DNA of 64,000 nt from Neodothiora populina (taxonomy: Eukaryota): positions 62,001 to 126,000 of the forward strand of contig NW_027191407.1 of assembly GCF_041146345.1 (NCBI RefSeq). The letters are read 5' to 3'. The notes under the pieces are model-generated. The model had not been told where the DNA came from and made no database searches. It worked only from the letters and a program-made list of their open reading frames with translations. Both the position numbers and the translations under genes were made by a program. This document shows, piece by piece, positions 60,758 to 64,000 of this stretch. Within the stretch, counting starts at the first letter, position 1; every line of letters starts with the position of its first letter.

Positions 60758-61381
60758 ATGTGTGGTGATTCCTCGAGAATAACATTCGGCGGCACGATAG
60801 CCATACTCAAGGCCGACGAAACAACGACAACATCAGAAGCTACAGAGAGCCTGCCTGATATATCTCTTCTATTCAACTCATCACTGGATGACTCTGAATT
60901 TCCTTACACGACTGCGACGTTCTCATCAAGTCCGCTAAAGGCAGGGTCACAGACGAGTATGAGAGATGATGAATTCGAGACTTGTAGGATTGTCATACAG
61001 TACGTTCAGTATCCTCCAGAGTCTTTATATGATCTCGCGCAGGATACATTCAATTTGAGATGCCTTGCCTACTGGTAAGCTAACCACCAATGCCCCATCT
61101 GCAGCCGTACTGGAGACCTCAGATTAAATACTTCGAATCGATTCGAACGAGAAGCTCTAGAAACAGAGGACATTCTACACTCTTTCGTCTTCGGGCCCAG
61201 ATCCGAAGGTCACAAAAACACAGCTGCAACGAGAAACAACAACGAAAACAGCTTCCTATTACCTGCGAAACTAGACCTAGGCGTCGGTGGAGACGGTGTC
61301 ATCGGACGCAGAGTCAGTCTTGTTCGACAGACGTCCTATGGAACTTCTGTCATGAGACATGGGATTATCGGATACAATTGA
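60758..61381 (+). CDS. Cu/Zn SOD/CCS-fold-like protein, 172 aa; 2 exons
   Basis: Intron 61000-61104 (GTACGT...GCTAAC...CAG) gives IVIH|RTGDLR...LDLGVGGDGVIGRRVSLV...GIIGYN*. Confidence 0.7.
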
Positions 61382-62185
61382 AGAAGGAGAAACAAGTAGA
61401 GAATTGTGTCTCCTACGAGTGAGGAGAAAAACATGAGATTCTTCTGGATTTTATTTGCAGCAAGGAGTTTATGTGTTATTCTTGGGGTTGTTTCATAGTA
61501 TTGCTGGCCACGGACGCTGCAACGACAGTAGAGCGGCGATTGCCGCCGTTGGTCGCCAGCACAATCCATTGTTACCATTAAACTTCGGTATCTTTTGCCT
61601 TACTGTATGTTACAGACAATCGATACATGTGCTATACCACAAAAGACACAGCGCAATGACTTGACACAGTATGACAATAATGTAGGTAATTTGCTATGAA
61701 TAGTAGGCCATATTCTGATATTTTGAGATTCCAGCCACTTGTAGTAGATGAGTCAAGTATCTTTGATGCCTTTCATTCGTACTTGTCCCAGTGTGAACCG
61801 TCTTCAGTCGTAAAACCGTACGTCAAGACTTGAGTCGAACAAGACAATACGCAAGCGTTCGCTGTAAGCACTATCGTCCTAGTGACGGAGGTACGACTGT
61901 TCTGTTGATTAGTCTATTGTACTGCGTTTGCGACGAACCACCTTCAGAATCCTCGTTTGTCATTAAATTGATTGGACTGAATACCATCGGCTACCACGAT
62001 TTTGGGACCTCGCTAGTGGCACCTACTGATTGTTTCTGCTATTGGTCGTGAACGAAGACACTGCTTGCCCTGCTGGGCCTTCCACATCGTCACTACCTAC
62101 CGAGTTTTTGTACTTATTACATCACATCTTTCGAACCTGACAGCAGGCGCTCACACGGCTGACGTCTCACAAGGCAGCTGCAAAC

Positions 62186-64000
62186 ATGTCAGCCTCATTC
62201 CGAGCTATCGAGCTTGTTAAGATCATAGGCAACCCTACCAATGCCGCACAAGTTCACAGCGCTTCAGAAGAGCTCCAAGCGATACAACACAGCAACTATG
62301 GCTGGGCAGTCGCTAATGCTATGCTTGAGGAGGACGATGACAATGTCAGATTTTACGGAGCTTTGACATTACAGATCAAAATCAATAAAGAAGGGTAAGA
62401 AGCAAATAATTCCACAGTTCATAAGCGCATCTAAATTTCCCATAGTTCCCACCAATCCGAAGATGATACCACAGAGCTGAGATCACATCTCTTGACTTGG
62501 CTTGTAAGTTAGAGTAGCGTCTACAAGAGCTACGAGCCTGTGTTAACAACCGGGCACATAGGTCAAGTTGGCAAGTCTACCAGCACGCAACTTTGTGTTG
62601 TATAAGCTATGTGCTGCTCTTGCGACTTATTTCACCCAAGCTCCAATGCGGTGGTTGTCAGCTGTTCGTCAGATCATATGCTCCTTGAGAGCTGGCAGCG
62701 TGGTCACAGGCGACCAACTCAAGACTTACCCTGACTCAGCCCAAGTATTCATGGAGCTTACACCAGTTCAACAACGTGTGACCATCCGATTTTGCCAAAC
62801 GCTAGCTGAAGACATGTCCAATTCAGCCGGATTAAGCCAACAGTCGTAAGTTTTAAGCAGATGAGAACAAAAAATCTTCGAAGCAAGACTGACTTCTGGC
62901 AGATTACGACTGGACGATACATTCAGTGCGAATACTCCGGACGTAACAAGCATCCTGGCCGTTTGCATCAATAATTTGGCACGAGACAACGTTGATCTTG
63001 GTATCGAAGCTCTCAACTGCCTGAATGTTGGTCATTCTATTAAGATAACAACGCGACGTGACGATCTGACATTATGTTCTAGGCTTGGATCATCTATGCT
63101 CATAGCAATTGGTCTAGAGATATCGGAACCCTGCAGCTTCTACAAGACCTCACTCCAATCACTGCCGAGTTCTTGGTCAGCAACAACGACGATCTGAGAG
63201 ATCTTGCTATAGAAATCTTCGTCAGTAATCTCGAGTTTCGATTAAAGTTCTTCAAAAAGGAACATGTTGAAATCATCTCTACACTTGTACGCCAAAAGAT
63301 TGGACCAGAATGTCTCGTTGCCTGTAGAAGTGGTCAACAAGAACCCGAGATTGTGTCACTCGGGAAGCTAGTGGCTGCTTACGGTAAGATCACCGTCAAA
63401 GATCTTGTCGTTGTTAGAAAACATGCCTCTTCCGAGAGCATTGTAGGTAAGTGGCCATTTCTCTCATAAGTTTTGGCAAGTAGTAGGCGCTGACGGGCAA
63501 ATATCAGCTTTGTTTCTTGAGCTTCTTACTGCGCCCGGTTATCCAGCAGAGGATGACGAGATGATATTTTCAGCGACTGAGTTCTGGAATGAGTACGCCG
63601 AGCACGCTGTCTATGCCGCTGCAGATAGTGAGGTCCATACACTCAGCAAGTGGCTGCCTCAAGCCAGAGAAGACCTCATGAAAGCTCTTCAACTATACTT
63701 GCCGAAGATGTCTCACCCACCACCGGAGATCAGCAAAACTTGGGACGAAGAAACCTTCCAGCAATGGAAGTTCTTCCGCGATAATGTCATGGATTACTTG
63801 GAATTTATCACGGAAATCCCTGACTCAAATCTTCTACACTATCTTATCGAAGTCGCTCTACAGATTCTACCAACCAGACAATGGTTCCAACTCGAAGGCG
63901 TGTTGTTCTGTATAAATGCCATCGCCGACTCTGTCAGACCGGCCAACGATGATCCGGCGATGAACGCCCTGATGGGTTCTTCGATCTTCAGCAATGCATC
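62186..64000 (+). CDS. Importin-beta family karyopherin (importin-13/Kap122-like), multi-exon, truncated by the window end
   Basis: LQAIQHSNYGWAVA...VRFYGALTLQIKIN (IBN_N-like), FVLYKLCAALA, APGYP, EFWNEY and LEGVLFCINAIAD HEAT-repeat motifs. Confidence 0.8.

Noticed and set aside
1..64000. CRISPR arrays, rRNA/tRNA genes, intact transposons, and TGA-CTA readthrough cryptic PTS1 signals
   Set aside because: None seen by eye; the stop contexts I checked lack the readthrough motif. tRNAscan, Rfam and a repeat search would be needed to exclude them formally.

Overview
Gene-dense window of a filamentous ascomycete genome. It has short GT-AG introns with CTAAC/CTGAC branch sites, wetA and scytalone dehydratase; a Dothideomycete-like origin is inference only. 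About 38 protein-coding genes, mostly housekeeping: KAE1, NSE3, wetA, prefoldin 4, HIS7, a mitochondrial thiolase, sideroflexin, COQ7, DSC2, MED7, NUS1, PEX8, enoyl-CoA hydratase, MIM2, ketopantoate reductase, MVD1, a PEX22-like gene, DUO1, TMA20, RRN11, SCD1, glutaminyl cyclase and a partial importin-beta. Most notable: (1) an accessory immunity-type island at ~7.8-10.2 kb, with an intact stand-alone PNP_UDP effector gene next to a decayed NB-ARC-TPR NLR that carries a hidden G/N/Q-rich, amyloid-like N-terminal motif; (2) a peroxisome/fatty-acid neighbourhood whose promoters each carry a FarA-type CCTCGG site; (3) a candidate divergent Atg31; (4) a spliced Cu/Zn-SOD-fold gene lacking most metal ligands, missed by the ORF track; (5) a highly structured, H/ACA-like TMA20 intron. 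No rRNA, tRNA, CRISPR array or intact transposon was recognised. All calls come from reading the sequence and from remembered family motifs; no database searches were run.
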